From assembly GCA_016209705.1 (NCBI GenBank), contig JACQVR010000134.1:64194-128193 (forward strand): DNA of 64,000 nt, read 5' to 3'. This document shows, piece by piece, positions 18,571 to 28,317 of the stretch (position 1 is the stretch's first letter; every line of letters starts with the position of its first letter). The position numbers and the translations under genes were made by a program. The stretch comes from Planctomycetota bacterium (GTDB taxonomy: Bacteria > Planctomycetota > MHYJ01 > JACPRB01). Under the pieces are notes generated by a model. It saw only the letters and a list, made by a program, of their open reading frames with translations, was not told where the DNA came from and made no database searches.

Positions 18571-19914
18571 TCAGCGAGTCTGACCGGCGGTCTGCGGTCG
18601 AGGCTGAGACGTCATGGGAGTCCATCCCGTCAGGGCCAACACGCCGCTGCCGCCCAATAGGTAGATCGGGTTCACCATCGCGTTGGGAATACAATCGATC
18701 AGGTACAACACCATGACCATCGCCAAGGCGGCGGCCGGTCCCGCCGCGGGCCGCGACCATTCCCGAAGCGGAACGGATCGGATCAGGGTCGCCGCCGGAG
18801 ACAAGAACACGACCAGCATCGCGCCCAGTCCGACCAGTCCGCGAGTGCCCAGTTCGATGATCCACCTCCCGTCGGTCACGGAGATGTCGTTCCCCCTCTC
18901 GTCATAGACCCGCGAGCGTCCCCAGCCGCCCCATCCGAATACCGGCCGTCGCCGCGCCTTGGCGGACAGCATATCTTCGTTGTGAAGTCGCGTCTGCAAG
19001 GAGCCGGCGCGTTCCGTGCTCAGGACGCTCGTCCCCGCAACCAGTTCCTCGCCTGACCAGAATCCCCCGGCGCGAAGCGCCATGTAGAGAGGGGCCGCCG
19101 CAGCGGCCGCGACCAGAACGGCGCGCGTCGGGACGGATCGAACCGACCATAGAACGATTAACCCCACCGCCAGAAGCACCAGGGCGCCGCTCGATTTGCA
19201 TAGAACGGCGGTGGCCAGCAGGGGAATGAGAAACCAGGGCAAGGGAATCCCCCGCAGGGAGCGAAGGGCGCCGCTCATCCAAAGCCACGCCCCCGCCAGC
19301 GCCGCCATGGACATCCACATGCCGACCATCAGGCCGTGTTCCATGAAAACGGTCGGACGCCACCCCGCGAAGCGATGCGTCTGGGCGAAGGAATGCTGGT
19401 GAAAGCCGTACACCATGCGATGGAGCTGGGGGCTCATGCGGATCTCGTAAAGACAGAATGGAATGTACACCAGACCCCCGATGAAAATGCCGATCGCCAG
19501 CTCGCGCAAGCCTTCCAGATCGCTGAAGTAGATCCGGCCGATCAGGTAAGGCAAGCCCCACATTACGATTTGGTTCAGAATGGCTGTCATGCCGTCGTAG
19601 AAGCCCAGTCCATTCGACAGCGATGAACCCAGGGGGCATAAACACCAAACCCCCATGGGAACGTCAACCCATCGAAACCTGAAGGAGAGCAGCCGATCGA
19701 GGTCGAAGATCACGACTCCTAAGAAGAGACTCAGGGACGTCGCCGACATTTTCGTCCAGTCCGGAAAGCCAGCAATCGGATACTTGGCCACCGGCAGGAA
19801 CAACCACGCGGTCAAGAACGCCGCGATCACCGCCCGCCGCGGCGAACGCGTGGCGCACAGCAAGATCACGACCAGCGGCCACCCGAAAAGCGCGATGGGA
19901 ACCGTGATGTTCAT
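18571..19914 (-). CDS. O-antigen polymerase/ligase-like polytopic membrane protein (Wzy family)
   Basis: A 447-aa product with about 10–12 TM helices and a large periplasmic loop, sitting within a polysaccharide locus. Confidence 0.6.
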   Translation of the reverse strand: MNITVPIALFGWPLVVILLCATRSPRRAVIAAFLTAWLFLPVAKYPIAGFPDWTKMSATSLSLFLGVVIFDLDRLLSFRFRWVDVPMGVWCLCPLGSSLSNGLGFYDGMTAILNQIVMWGLPYLIGRIYFSDLEGLRELAIGIFIGGLVYIPFCLYEIRMSPQLHRMVYGFHQHSFAQTHRFAGWRPTVFMEHGLMVGMWMSMAALAGAWLWMSGALRSLRGIPLPWFLIPLLATAVLCKSSGALVLLAVGLIVLWSVRSVPTRAVLVAAAAAAPLYMALRAGGFWSGEELVAGTSVLSTERAGSLQTRLHNEDMLSAKARRRPVFGWGGWGRSRVYDERGNDISVTDGRWIIELGTRGLVGLGAMLVVFLSPAATLIRSVPLREWSRPAAGPAAALAMVMVLYLIDCIPNAMVNPIYLLGGSGVLALTGWTPMTSQPRPQTAGQTR

Positions 19915-19926
19915 GCGGTTCCGGTC

Positions 19927-21447
19927 TCAAACGCGATTGTTCCGATCACTTGGTCCAGCGGCATAAGTCCTGGCCCGAAGCGCCCACAGGACCATCGGCA
20001 GCCATATCAGGACGAAGCAGCCCAGCGCTACGCCGATCTTGATTCCCGGGTCCCCGAGGACAAAGGCCTCACGATGCAGCGCCAGCGCCGCAAGACCGCT
20101 CGTGAGGATTGCCGACGACATGGCCAGGTCGATCGTCCAGCCCTTCAACCCGGATCGGTGAAGAGCCACGGTTCCGATAAGGTATCTCAAGATTTCCACA
20201 AGCGATAGCGCGACCAGGGCGCCCGGGAATCCCCACGTTACGAACGCCGGGGGCACGAAAAGCAGCATGGCGGCGATCTTTGCGACATTCTCAACGGCGA
20301 GCCATTTGGTTTGTCCCAGCGCCAACAACGCCACGCCATTGGAACCCTCGAGAATTTGAAACCAGGCTCCGATGGCGATGATTTGAAGGATCCAGCCCGC
20401 GTCCCAGTAACGCGGGTCGTAAAGCAATTGGATGACGTACGGCCCGCAGAGGATGAGGAACGCCAAGCCCGCGCCTCCACCGACGAGCAATCCCAGGCGA
20501 AGCCGGAGGAAAGCGCCGTGGGTTTTCCCCGCTCGACTGAAGGCGGGCAGCGCGACCGACATGGCGAACTTCAGGACGGTTTCCGTGGGGAGTCGGGCGA
20601 AATTGGCGCCGATCGCGTACACGCCCAGCAATCCGATCGGAATCATCTTGGCGAAGATCAGCTTGTCCGCCTGCATCGCCACGAACGTCGCGAGGCTCGA
20701 GACGAACACCCATTTGCCAAAGTGGAACAGTTCGCGCCGGGCCTCGCGATCCCAGTGCAAGCGGTTGCCGGGGCCGGGCAGCGCTGAATGGCTCAGGATC
20801 GCCTTGATCGCCGACGTCGCCAACCCTCCCACGATCAGGGCCCAGATGGATCGATACGCCAAAGCCAGGCCGATCATCACCAGGACGCCCAGCACCGAAG
20901 AGGCCAGAGTCAACACGATCGGCCGTCCCAGCGCGAGGTGGCGTTCGCGGCTGAAAAACTTGGTGGATTGCAGCCCCTCCAGCACAAGGGTCAATCCGGC
21001 CACTGGCAGGAGCTGAACGAAGAGAGGCTCGCCATAAAAACGGGCCACAGGCCAGGAAATGAGGCATGCGGCGACTCCCAGCGTCGCGCCCCGCAGTAGT
21101 CGTACGGTCCAAATGGTATTGAGAAACGCCGGATCGTCACCGCGCGCGTGTTGGATGATGAGCGGGCGAATGCCGACGTCCGAGAACATGCTCAGGCCTT
21201 GTATGAAGACCTGGACCACGGCCATGATCCCGAACGCTTCCGGAAAGAGCAGGCGGGTCAGGATCAGATTAGAGACGAGGCGGATGGCGTTGGACGCGCC
21301 TTCGCTTCCCAGCGTCCAAAGCGACGCGCGGATCGTGAGCTTTTTCAGCGGCGAACGCTCCGCTGTCGCCTGCTCCGGATGTGGCGCGGCAAGGGGACCG
21401 GTGGCCTGCGTATCGGGTCGGACCATCAACTTCTCACTGCGTGACAT
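19927..21447 (-). CDS. Polysaccharide flippase (Wzx / MOP superfamily)
   Basis: A 506-aa product with about 12–14 TM helices and the N-terminal Wzx-type pattern (ASNAIRLVSNLILTRLLFPEAFGIMAV). Confidence 0.7.
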   Translation of the reverse strand: MSRSEKLMVRPDTQATGPLAAPHPEQATAERSPLKKLTIRASLWTLGSEGASNAIRLVSNLILTRLLFPEAFGIMAVVQVFIQGLSMFSDVGIRPLIIQHARGDDPAFLNTIWTVRLLRGATLGVAACLISWPVARFYGEPLFVQLLPVAGLTLVLEGLQSTKFFSRERHLALGRPIVLTLASSVLGVLVMIGLALAYRSIWALIVGGLATSAIKAILSHSALPGPGNRLHWDREARRELFHFGKWVFVSSLATFVAMQADKLIFAKMIPIGLLGVYAIGANFARLPTETVLKFAMSVALPAFSRAGKTHGAFLRLRLGLLVGGGAGLAFLILCGPYVIQLLYDPRYWDAGWILQIIAIGAWFQILEGSNGVALLALGQTKWLAVENVAKIAAMLLFVPPAFVTWGFPGALVALSLVEILRYLIGTVALHRSGLKGWTIDLAMSSAILTSGLAALALHREAFVLGDPGIKIGVALGCFVLIWLPMVLWALRARTYAAGPSDRNNRV

Positions 21448-21529
21448 TTCGTGGCTCGGCTGATGGCGTTATCCTCGCCGGGCGTTCCCGGGTCTGGATC
21501 CGTTACGAAATTCCCGATCTTTTTTTTGT

Positions 21530-21612
21530 ATGAACCGCTAAAACGCCAAAGCGCCAAAAGAGCTCCAAAAAGTGCGTTCGATGGCGTTTTAGCGCTTTGG
21601 CGGTCTACGGCT
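21530..21612. repeat. ~78-nt palindromic (hairpin-forming) intergenic repeat, family copy 1
   Basis: TGAACCGCTAAAACGCCAAAGCGCC...GGCGTTTTAGCGCTTTGGCGG forms long inverted arms. Near-identical copies are at 23150–23228 and 28318–28396. Confidence 0.65.
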
Positions 21613-23127
21613 TCATTCCTTTGGAAAGACGAGCGCGGTCTGTTCCGCCGATGCGTTCTCCCACCGGAAGCGCTTCCGGCGGTCCAGTCGAACGTGGTTC
21701 ACCCTCTCGCGGTGAAGAATCTTCATCAGCGGCTCCCCGAATCCGCGCAGCCACATCCCGCGATCCGGCCGATCCGCCAAGCGGCCCGTCTCGGAAATGA
21801 AGAGCACTCCCGCGCTGTCGAGGTACGTCGTCCGGCTGGCGTCGATCACGAGCTCGCGGATCGAGCCGCTGCCCCAGTGGCGATGGACCTCCCGCTGCGC
21901 TGGCGGCGCCACGTCCCTTCCGAATTCCTCCGGCAGGAGGACCTGCAGGCGATGGCCGGTCCGGTTCACGCGCACGGCGAAGTGTTCCGCGGAGCGCAGG
22001 CGCTCCAAGCCGCGCTCCAGCTTGTCCATCGTCGGCGCCAGCTCGACATACCGATTCAACTGATAGAGCAAAATCAGCTCGCGGACGCGCGGAATCGCGG
22101 AAAAGAGATAGAGGCGGCGGTTCCGCCGGCGGCATACCCGTCCTAACCGGACCAAGGCTCCCAATTCCAGGCTGTTGAGCCAGCGCGTCCGCGACAAGTC
22201 CAGAACCAGCGAGCGTTCCTGCGTGACCGGTTCGTAAGTTCGGAAAAAGTCCTCCGCATCCGCCGCGCGGCGCAGGGGAGAGAACACCGCCCAGACGGCG
22301 CCCAAGGCCGCGATGCGCGCCGGGTCCGGCGGCTTCACGCGGCGCGCCTCGGCCGGTTTGAGCCGCAGCCACGCGAGCCGCGCCAGCATGCGCGCGAGGA
22401 AAAGAAGGTCTTCTGCGTAGCGCTTCGCCAACCGCCGCGGTTCCCGGGCCATGCGCCAGAACCATTCCATCCCGGCGTTCTGGATCCATTGAGGCGCGCG
22501 AACTTGCTCGCCCGCCAGGAAGTCTAGCGAAGCCCCCACCCCGATCGCCACCGGCGCGTTCATGTCGCGCAGGTGCAGCCGGATCCATTTCTCCTGCTTG
22601 GGCGCTCCGAACGCCACCAGCACGATGTCGGGCTTGGCCTCCTGGATGCGCCGCGCTATGCCCCGATGATCCATGTCCAGGAAAGGGGTGAGCGGCGGCG
22701 ATTCCCAGCCGGCCACGCGCAGGCCGGGGTATTGCTCTTGCAGAAGCCGCATCACCTTTTCCGCTACGCCGGGCGCCGATCCCACCGCGTACAGCGACAA
22801 GCCGTTGTCCCGGGCGGCTTCGGCGAGGCGGGGAACCAGATCGCTGCCGGCCACTCGATCCTTCAGCGCCGGCCCGAACCAGCGGGACAGCCAGACGAGC
22901 GGCATCCCGTCGGGCACGACCAGATCCCCTTCGAGCTGAATCCGGTGCATCTCCGGGTCGCGACGCGCCTGAAGCGCGAAATCCAGGTTCGCCGTCACGA
23001 CTTGCCCCGGAACCCCGGATCGCGCCCGATCCACGATCCACGCGACGGTTTCCTCCTGAGTCATGTTTTGGAGGGGAATGCCGAAGAGGACCAGAGGAGA
23101 TACGCCGCCGTTATTTTTCGAGGTCAT
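21613..23127 (-). CDS. WecB/TagA/CpsF-family glycosyltransferase fused to two C-terminal STAS (anti-sigma-factor-antagonist-like) domains
   Basis: The N-terminal ~250 aa match the WecB/TagA family (GAPKQEKWI...AIGVGASLDFLAG). These are followed by two STAS-like blocks (LVLDLSRTRWLNSLELGALVRLGRV...LYLFSAIPRVRELILLYQLNRYVEL and LVIDASRTTYLDSAGVLFISETG...MWLRGFGEPLMKILHRERVNHV). Confidence 0.65.
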   Translation of the reverse strand: MTSKNNGGVSPLVLFGIPLQNMTQEETVAWIVDRARSGVPGQVVTANLDFALQARRDPEMHRIQLEGDLVVPDGMPLVWLSRWFGPALKDRVAGSDLVPRLAEAARDNGLSLYAVGSAPGVAEKVMRLLQEQYPGLRVAGWESPPLTPFLDMDHRGIARRIQEAKPDIVLVAFGAPKQEKWIRLHLRDMNAPVAIGVGASLDFLAGEQVRAPQWIQNAGMEWFWRMAREPRRLAKRYAEDLLFLARMLARLAWLRLKPAEARRVKPPDPARIAALGAVWAVFSPLRRAADAEDFFRTYEPVTQERSLVLDLSRTRWLNSLELGALVRLGRVCRRRNRRLYLFSAIPRVRELILLYQLNRYVELAPTMDKLERGLERLRSAEHFAVRVNRTGHRLQVLLPEEFGRDVAPPAQREVHRHWGSGSIRELVIDASRTTYLDSAGVLFISETGRLADRPDRGMWLRGFGEPLMKILHRERVNHVRLDRRKRFRWENASAEQTALVFPKE

Positions 23128-23149
23128 GTCGATTCAAATTCCACTTGAT

Positions 23150-23228
23150 TGAACCGCCAAAACGCCAAAGCGCCAAAAGAACTCCAAAAAGTGAATCCGA
23201 TGGCGTTTTAGCGTTTTGGCGGTTCATG
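23150..23228. repeat. ~78-nt palindromic intergenic repeat, family copy 2
   Basis: TGAACCGCCAAAACGCCAAAGCGCC-loop-GGCGTTTTAGCGTTTTGGCGGTTCA, where the right arm is the reverse complement of the left. Confidence 0.65.
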
Positions 23229-23259
23229 CAAAAAGTGTGCGCTTATTTTCCAAGGGATT

Positions 23260-25437
23260 CTAATTTTGATGGCCGGTTCTGCCGGCCGCTTTTTTTTGCC
23301 GCGCCGCGCGCTCGTGTTCCCGCATCAGCTTCGCGAACGACCCGGCCTCGCTCCAGATCCGGACGCGGTTCACCACGGTCATGAGCACGTTCGCGCCCGC
23401 CTGGCGCAGAACCTTGTTCGCCCGCTCCACGTCGGCGAGCGAGGTCCTGGCGGCTTCCACGATCAACACCACCCCGCCGGCCCAACTGGCCAGATATTCC
23501 GCGTCCGCGGAAAGCAGGAGGGGAGGCGCGTCGATCAGGATCATGTCGTACCGATCCGCCACCTGGCGGAGTTGGGCGTCCAGATTCCCGCAATGAGCGA
23601 GGTTGGTCCGGTCCGCCGCCGCGCCCGTTGCGACGCGGTCCGGGAAGCGATCGTCGGCGGGGACGACGACGCTCGACATGGGCGCGGCGCCCGCCAGCGC
23701 GTCGGCCAGGCCGTGTTGCCCGTTGGGTCCCGCGAACCGGCGATCCGGCTTGAGCGCGTTGACCTCGACCGCCAGCGCGCGCACGCCCAGCGTCCCCAGC
23801 TCGCGCGCCACGTCCAGGACCAGTTGCGACGTCCCGCCGCCGGAGCGCGCGGACGTGAACACCACCCGCGTTCGCTGGTTGAGGCGCCGTTCCCGCTCCA
23901 GCAGGAGGGCGAGCCGCCGCACTTGGTCCTCGACGAACGTACCGCCGCGGCGCTTCCAATCGGGCAGCGAAAGGACGGCACCTTCGATGTCCGCCGAGTT
24001 CTGGACGCGCCGGTCGGAGATTTCCAGGAGCACGGGAACGGCGAACGCCAGGAAGAGTGCGAGGGCCGCGAACGCCCCGGCCCATTTGAGGAGCCGCCTC
24101 CACGGCGGCGTCTCGGCAAGGGACGCGGGCGCCACCACGTGGACATAGCCGGGGGACTGCGTCTCCAGACGCATGGAGTCGATCCGGTCCTGGACCGCGG
24201 CGAGCTGGCGCCGCAGGCGATCCACGTCCTGCCGCAACCCCTGGACTTCCGGATAGACCCGAACGGTCCTTTCGATCAGCGCGCCGGCTTTTTCGGTGAC
24301 GCTCTGCTCGTAGCGTTTCGCCTGATCCAGCTCGGCTTGGAGCGCCAGGCGCTCCTCCTTCATGCGCGCCTCATGTCGATGCACGATGCCGTCCCGGAGG
24401 CGTTCCAGCGTCTCTTTTTCGGCCCGCTCCAGCTCGATGTCGATCTCGGCCATCGCGGCCTCGATCGCCCGGCGCCCTTCGTGCTCGTTCGTCAAGCCTA
24501 GAAGCTTTCCTTTCAATTCGGCCTTGCGGGCGAGCAAGACCGTCCGGATCCCGGTCAACTCGACGTCCGCTGCGAGCTGATTGCGCGCCTCGAAGCCGGG
24601 ATCGACGGTCTCGAGGATCTCCTGCCGGGCCGCCAGACCCGCCAGGCTCGCTTCCGCCCGGATCGTGCGCGCCTGAGCTTCTCGCATCGCCAGTTCCGCT
24701 TCCTGGAGCACGGGGGGAATGGTTTCGGATTCCAGGCCTGCGATGCCTAGATCCTTCGCCCATCGCGCGAGTCGATCCGTTTTGGCGCGGATTTCCTCCT
24801 TGAGCTCCGCCACGCGTCGCTGAAGCACGTCTGTCCGCCCTTCGGCGCCGTACAGACCCGGCCCGCGGTTCCGCTCCAAGTAAGCATCGACCACGGCGTT
24901 GACAATCTCGATCAGGCCTTCCGGCCGGTCGCCTTCCAACGCCACCGTAATGTAGAGGGTTTCCGGAACCCGAGCCGTGACCAAGCTCGCGCTGAGACGG
25001 CCCGCGGCGTCGCGCAGGCTTTCCCCGGGTCGCTGCCAGACGGACCGCCGGTCGCCCAGGCGATCCAACGCCTCGAGGGCTACGTCCTCGCGGGCGAGCA
25101 TCAGAAGTTGCTGGTTGAGGAATTCTTGGTAGCGCGGCAATTGGGACTCCCGATCCGCCGCGAGGTTCTTGGCGGTGGGCGAGACCAGCAGGAGCGCTTC
25201 GGCGGTGTAGGTAGGCCGGTTCATGTGAAGCAACAGGGGGGCGGCGGCCGCGGCGACCAGAACGACCATCAGGAACGCGGCGAGCTTGTGACGCCGGAGG
25301 CTGGCGAAAACCCCTACGCGCCGGTGAGCTTCCGAAGCAGAGGCAGCGGATCCGTTCAAGGCCGGGTACGGCTCGGACATATCACTTCCTGTTGGAGTTC
25401 GCGGAGGAGTCGGAGTCCACGGATAAGGATTTAACAC
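23260..25437 (-). CDS. Polysaccharide co-polymerase / tyrosine autokinase (Wzc, GumC/EpsG-like PCP2a; Wzz domain, coiled coil and C-terminal P-loop domain)
   Basis: A 725-aa product with an N-terminal TM segment, a long coiled-coil periplasmic region, a second TM segment and a C-terminal CpsD-like ATPase region (VVFTSARSGGGTSQLVLDVARELG). Confidence 0.7.
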   Translation of the reverse strand: MLNPYPWTPTPPRTPTGSDMSEPYPALNGSAASASEAHRRVGVFASLRRHKLAAFLMVVLVAAAAAPLLLHMNRPTYTAEALLLVSPTAKNLAADRESQLPRYQEFLNQQLLMLAREDVALEALDRLGDRRSVWQRPGESLRDAAGRLSASLVTARVPETLYITVALEGDRPEGLIEIVNAVVDAYLERNRGPGLYGAEGRTDVLQRRVAELKEEIRAKTDRLARWAKDLGIAGLESETIPPVLQEAELAMREAQARTIRAEASLAGLAARQEILETVDPGFEARNQLAADVELTGIRTVLLARKAELKGKLLGLTNEHEGRRAIEAAMAEIDIELERAEKETLERLRDGIVHRHEARMKEERLALQAELDQAKRYEQSVTEKAGALIERTVRVYPEVQGLRQDVDRLRRQLAAVQDRIDSMRLETQSPGYVHVVAPASLAETPPWRRLLKWAGAFAALALFLAFAVPVLLEISDRRVQNSADIEGAVLSLPDWKRRGGTFVEDQVRRLALLLERERRLNQRTRVVFTSARSGGGTSQLVLDVARELGTLGVRALAVEVNALKPDRRFAGPNGQHGLADALAGAAPMSSVVVPADDRFPDRVATGAAADRTNLAHCGNLDAQLRQVADRYDMILIDAPPLLLSADAEYLASWAGGVVLIVEAARTSLADVERANKVLRQAGANVLMTVVNRVRIWSEAGSFAKLMREHERAARQKKAAGRTGHQN

Positions 25438-25548
25438 GGAGACACGGCGAAAAGTTCTCGGGAAACGCCCCTCGAAATGTTTCTCCGTGTCGCCGTGCCT
25501 CCGTGGTAATTCTTCTCGGTGATCTCCGACTCTTCCGTGAACTCGAAA

Positions 25549-26586
25549 TCAGCGCACGATGCTGCTTCGAACCGTGGCGCCCACGAAAAGCCACCCGTAA
25601 AGGTTTAGTTTCTCAAGAACATAGCCGATATCGGCCAGGCCGTTAGTAGGCACGTACAGGATGTCGCCTTTCTGAAGTCTCAAACCCTGGTTGCCCACCG
25701 CCATGACCTCGTCCAGCGAAATTTGGCTCTGAATGCCCAGGCTGGGGCGGATCAGATACATGCTCGAGGGGGCGGCGTCCCGCGTCGTCCCTCCCGCCAA
25801 CGCCAGCGCATCCAATAGCGACATGTCGGACGTCCAGCGGAAGAGACCGGGTTTCTGCACCTCGCCCAGCACATAGACCGGCGTGTCTCCTCGGTCGGGA
25901 ACGAAGACCAGATCGTCCGGCTTGAGGCGCAGATTGAACGCCAGGTCGGCGTCCTCCATGAGTCGCCGCAGGTCGATCCACGCCACGCGCTCCCGACCCC
26001 GAACGACGGCGCAGTGCGTCAGGTTGTGATTCGGTTCGGCGGCGAGACCACCGGCGCGCGCCAGCGCTTCCAGGAGCGTCGGAGGCGTGTCGAATTGCAG
26101 GACCCCGGGCGCGTTCACGCGGCCTAGAACCACGACCCGGTTGGAGACGTAGCGGTCGACCCGCACCGTGACGGTCAGATTGGCGTAGAATCGGGAGAGC
26201 GATTCCTTGATCGCCTTGGCCGCCTCGTCCCGCGTCATTCCGGCCACGCGGAGCGTTCCGGCGACCGGGAGCGTGATCGCCCCGTCCGGGCCGACGATTT
26301 GGGGGCCGGAAAGATCCGGACGGTCCCAAACTTGAACCGTGACGGCATCGCCTTCGCCGAGGCGATATTCCTTTTCGGGTACGGCGTCGAACTCTTTCAA
26401 GGCGTCGCCCGCCGTGAAGGGGAGAGGCGGCTCAGCAGGCCGCCTGAATTCAGGATGCAACGGTTCGCGTCCCTGACATCCGGCGGCCAGGACCGCGGTT
26501 CCCATGAAGAGTAAACAAAAGAATGAACGCGGCCCGTGTTTTTCGGAGGCGCCCGCCGGAGAGAGTACGCCCTTTATGACAATCAT
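25549..26586 (-). CDS. Polysaccharide export outer-membrane lipoprotein (Wza; Poly_export plus SLBB domains)
   Basis: The product has a lipoprotein signal (LAAGC) and Poly_export-type motifs (YRLGEGDAVTVQVWDRPDLSG...PDGAITLPVAG...GMTRDEAAKAI). Confidence 0.75.
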   Translation of the reverse strand: MIVIKGVLSPAGASEKHGPRSFFCLLFMGTAVLAAGCQGREPLHPEFRRPAEPPLPFTAGDALKEFDAVPEKEYRLGEGDAVTVQVWDRPDLSGPQIVGPDGAITLPVAGTLRVAGMTRDEAAKAIKESLSRFYANLTVTVRVDRYVSNRVVVLGRVNAPGVLQFDTPPTLLEALARAGGLAAEPNHNLTHCAVVRGRERVAWIDLRRLMEDADLAFNLRLKPDDLVFVPDRGDTPVYVLGEVQKPGLFRWTSDMSLLDALALAGGTTRDAAPSSMYLIRPSLGIQSQISLDEVMAVGNQGLRLQKGDILYVPTNGLADIGYVLEKLNLYGWLFVGATVRSSIVR

Positions 26587-26631
26587 GGGGGTGATGACCT
26601 TTGCATATATTCAATTTTTTTGCTGAATTCG

Positions 26632-28314
26632 TCAAGGAAAGTCTTGATGGCGTAACCCAGACATGGGTTCGTCGCCGCCTCGGCGATCGGGAGGGGCCAG
26701 GACCGCTTGGAATGACGCAAGGAAGTTTTCCAGCGCGCCGTCCCCCGATCCGGAGATGACCCGGAATATGAACCAGTCCGTGCGCCGTCCCGCCAGGCGC
26801 CGCAGGGTATCCCGCAGCAGCATATCCGCGAATGTCGCGTGGACTTCCGAGCCGTCGGTGAACCAGAAACAGAGGGTCGTTTCGGCGACGCCTTTGCGAA
26901 GGCGCATCAACGTCATCGGGACGGTCCGGCCGTTCCCCAGGGAACGCGCTTCCACGCCCGTCCGTATCGGTTCCCATCCGTCGCCCGTCAAGCAGTAAGC
27001 CGGAGGATGGGCCCGGTGGCGATCTCCACCCGTCGAACTCACAAGCACGTCCACCACGTCACCGGCTAGCGTGTATCGCCGGGCCCACACGCGTCCCCGA
27101 CCGAAGTGCTCCTCCTCGCTGCTCGGAATCTCGCGGTCGCGGCCGACCCACTCACCCTGGAGATAGCTCATCTCCAACCTGGTTTCATCGAATCCTTCCC
27201 ACGAAATTCCGTAGTAATAAGTCTGAAACGCCGCGAGGAGGGCGGTCAGAACCGCTTGAACGGGAAGGAGACGGGGAGCCCGCGGGGCAGGCGGGGCGGG
27301 CGTCAGCCTGAAATAGGGGATCCTCAGGGCGGCCAGGAGTCCCGCGGCCAGCGCGGCCTTGATCATCAGGCTCGCTTTCAAGGTCATGCCGACTCCCAAG
27401 CTCACCAAGCCGAGCTGGTACGACGTGGTGGGGAAACCCAGATACGCGACGAGAGCTAGAAGCGCCGCCGATCGAGCGAAACGAATTCCTTTGATCGATA
27501 GGCCGAGAGACAGCAACGCGCCCATCAGTGAGATCCCCTTGAGGATGTTCACGTCGATGAGCGTCGCGAGGAGCAGGGCCGCCAAGGACAGACCGAATCC
27601 AACCGTGCCCGCTCGCTCCCACGAGGCGTCGGAGGGCGCGCAGCGCCAGATCCATCCCGCCGCCACCGCCGCGATCGCCACGAACACGTAGCTGAACCGA
27701 TCCAGAGGACTCCGTCCCCACGCGTCCAAGCACCACATGATGAAGGGCGCGCCGAGAAAACCCAGCAGGAGCAGCAGCGCGACCGATATCCATGCGTTAC
27801 CGGCGGCCTGCCGCACCGAAGACCTCGCGAGGCGGCCGGCGATGGCGAAGCATCCCAGCATCGCCAGCGCGAACGCGACGAGACCGACGGCGACATGAAA
27901 CGCGCCGCCGGGTTCGCCTCCGATCGCATGGCCCGCGACCACCAGGACAGACACGCGCAACGCGTTGGCGAGAATCGCCAGTGGCAAGGCCAGCGCTACC
28001 GCTGCCGCGCGGCGCACGGGCGTCAGGCCGGGCTGGACTCCGCACCATGTGATCGCCACGAACAGGAGCGCTTGAAGCGTCGTGGAGCCGCTGCACGCTG
28101 GGACCACATCGAACGTCATGCGGGGCGTCGAGAGGATCGTCCCGTTGCGAGTCACGGCGAGCCCGCCTGCTCCGAGAAGAAAATGGGCGACGGCGGAGGA
28201 AATTTCCCGAAGCGGGAGGGCGATGAAGGGTTCCGCGAGTTCCAAGACGAGGAACACGCCGCCCGCCACCAGGCCGGCCAGGAGCCAGCGTCGTCCCTTC
28301 TCGGAAGACTTCAT
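26632..28314 (-). CDS. Exosortase (XrtA-like) fused to an EpsI-like C-terminal domain
   Basis: An 8-TM N-terminal domain carries the exosortase catalytic motifs (VVPACSGSTTL with Cys, and NALRV with Asn/Arg). A ~200-aa soluble C-terminal domain typical of exosortase-associated EpsI follows. Confidence 0.7.
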   Translation of the reverse strand: MKSSEKGRRWLLAGLVAGGVFLVLELAEPFIALPLREISSAVAHFLLGAGGLAVTRNGTILSTPRMTFDVVPACSGSTTLQALLFVAITWCGVQPGLTPVRRAAAVALALPLAILANALRVSVLVVAGHAIGGEPGGAFHVAVGLVAFALAMLGCFAIAGRLARSSVRQAAGNAWISVALLLLLGFLGAPFIMWCLDAWGRSPLDRFSYVFVAIAAVAAGWIWRCAPSDASWERAGTVGFGLSLAALLLATLIDVNILKGISLMGALLSLGLSIKGIRFARSAALLALVAYLGFPTTSYQLGLVSLGVGMTLKASLMIKAALAAGLLAALRIPYFRLTPAPPAPRAPRLLPVQAVLTALLAAFQTYYYGISWEGFDETRLEMSYLQGEWVGRDREIPSSEEEHFGRGRVWARRYTLAGDVVDVLVSSTGGDRHRAHPPAYCLTGDGWEPIRTGVEARSLGNGRTVPMTLMRLRKGVAETTLCFWFTDGSEVHATFADMLLRDTLRRLAGRRTDWFIFRVISGSGDGALENFLASFQAVLAPPDRRGGDEPMSGLRHQDFP

Positions 28315-28317
28315 AAT

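Noticed and set aside
21605-23041. 478-aa minus-strand ORF in an alternative frame
   Set aside because: The frame overlapping it at 21613–23127 carries the WecB and STAS motifs. This frame gives low-complexity Arg/Gly/Ala sequence.
23266-24501. 411-aa plus-strand ORF
   Set aside because: Antisense to wzc, which has clear Wzz, coiled-coil and kinase features.
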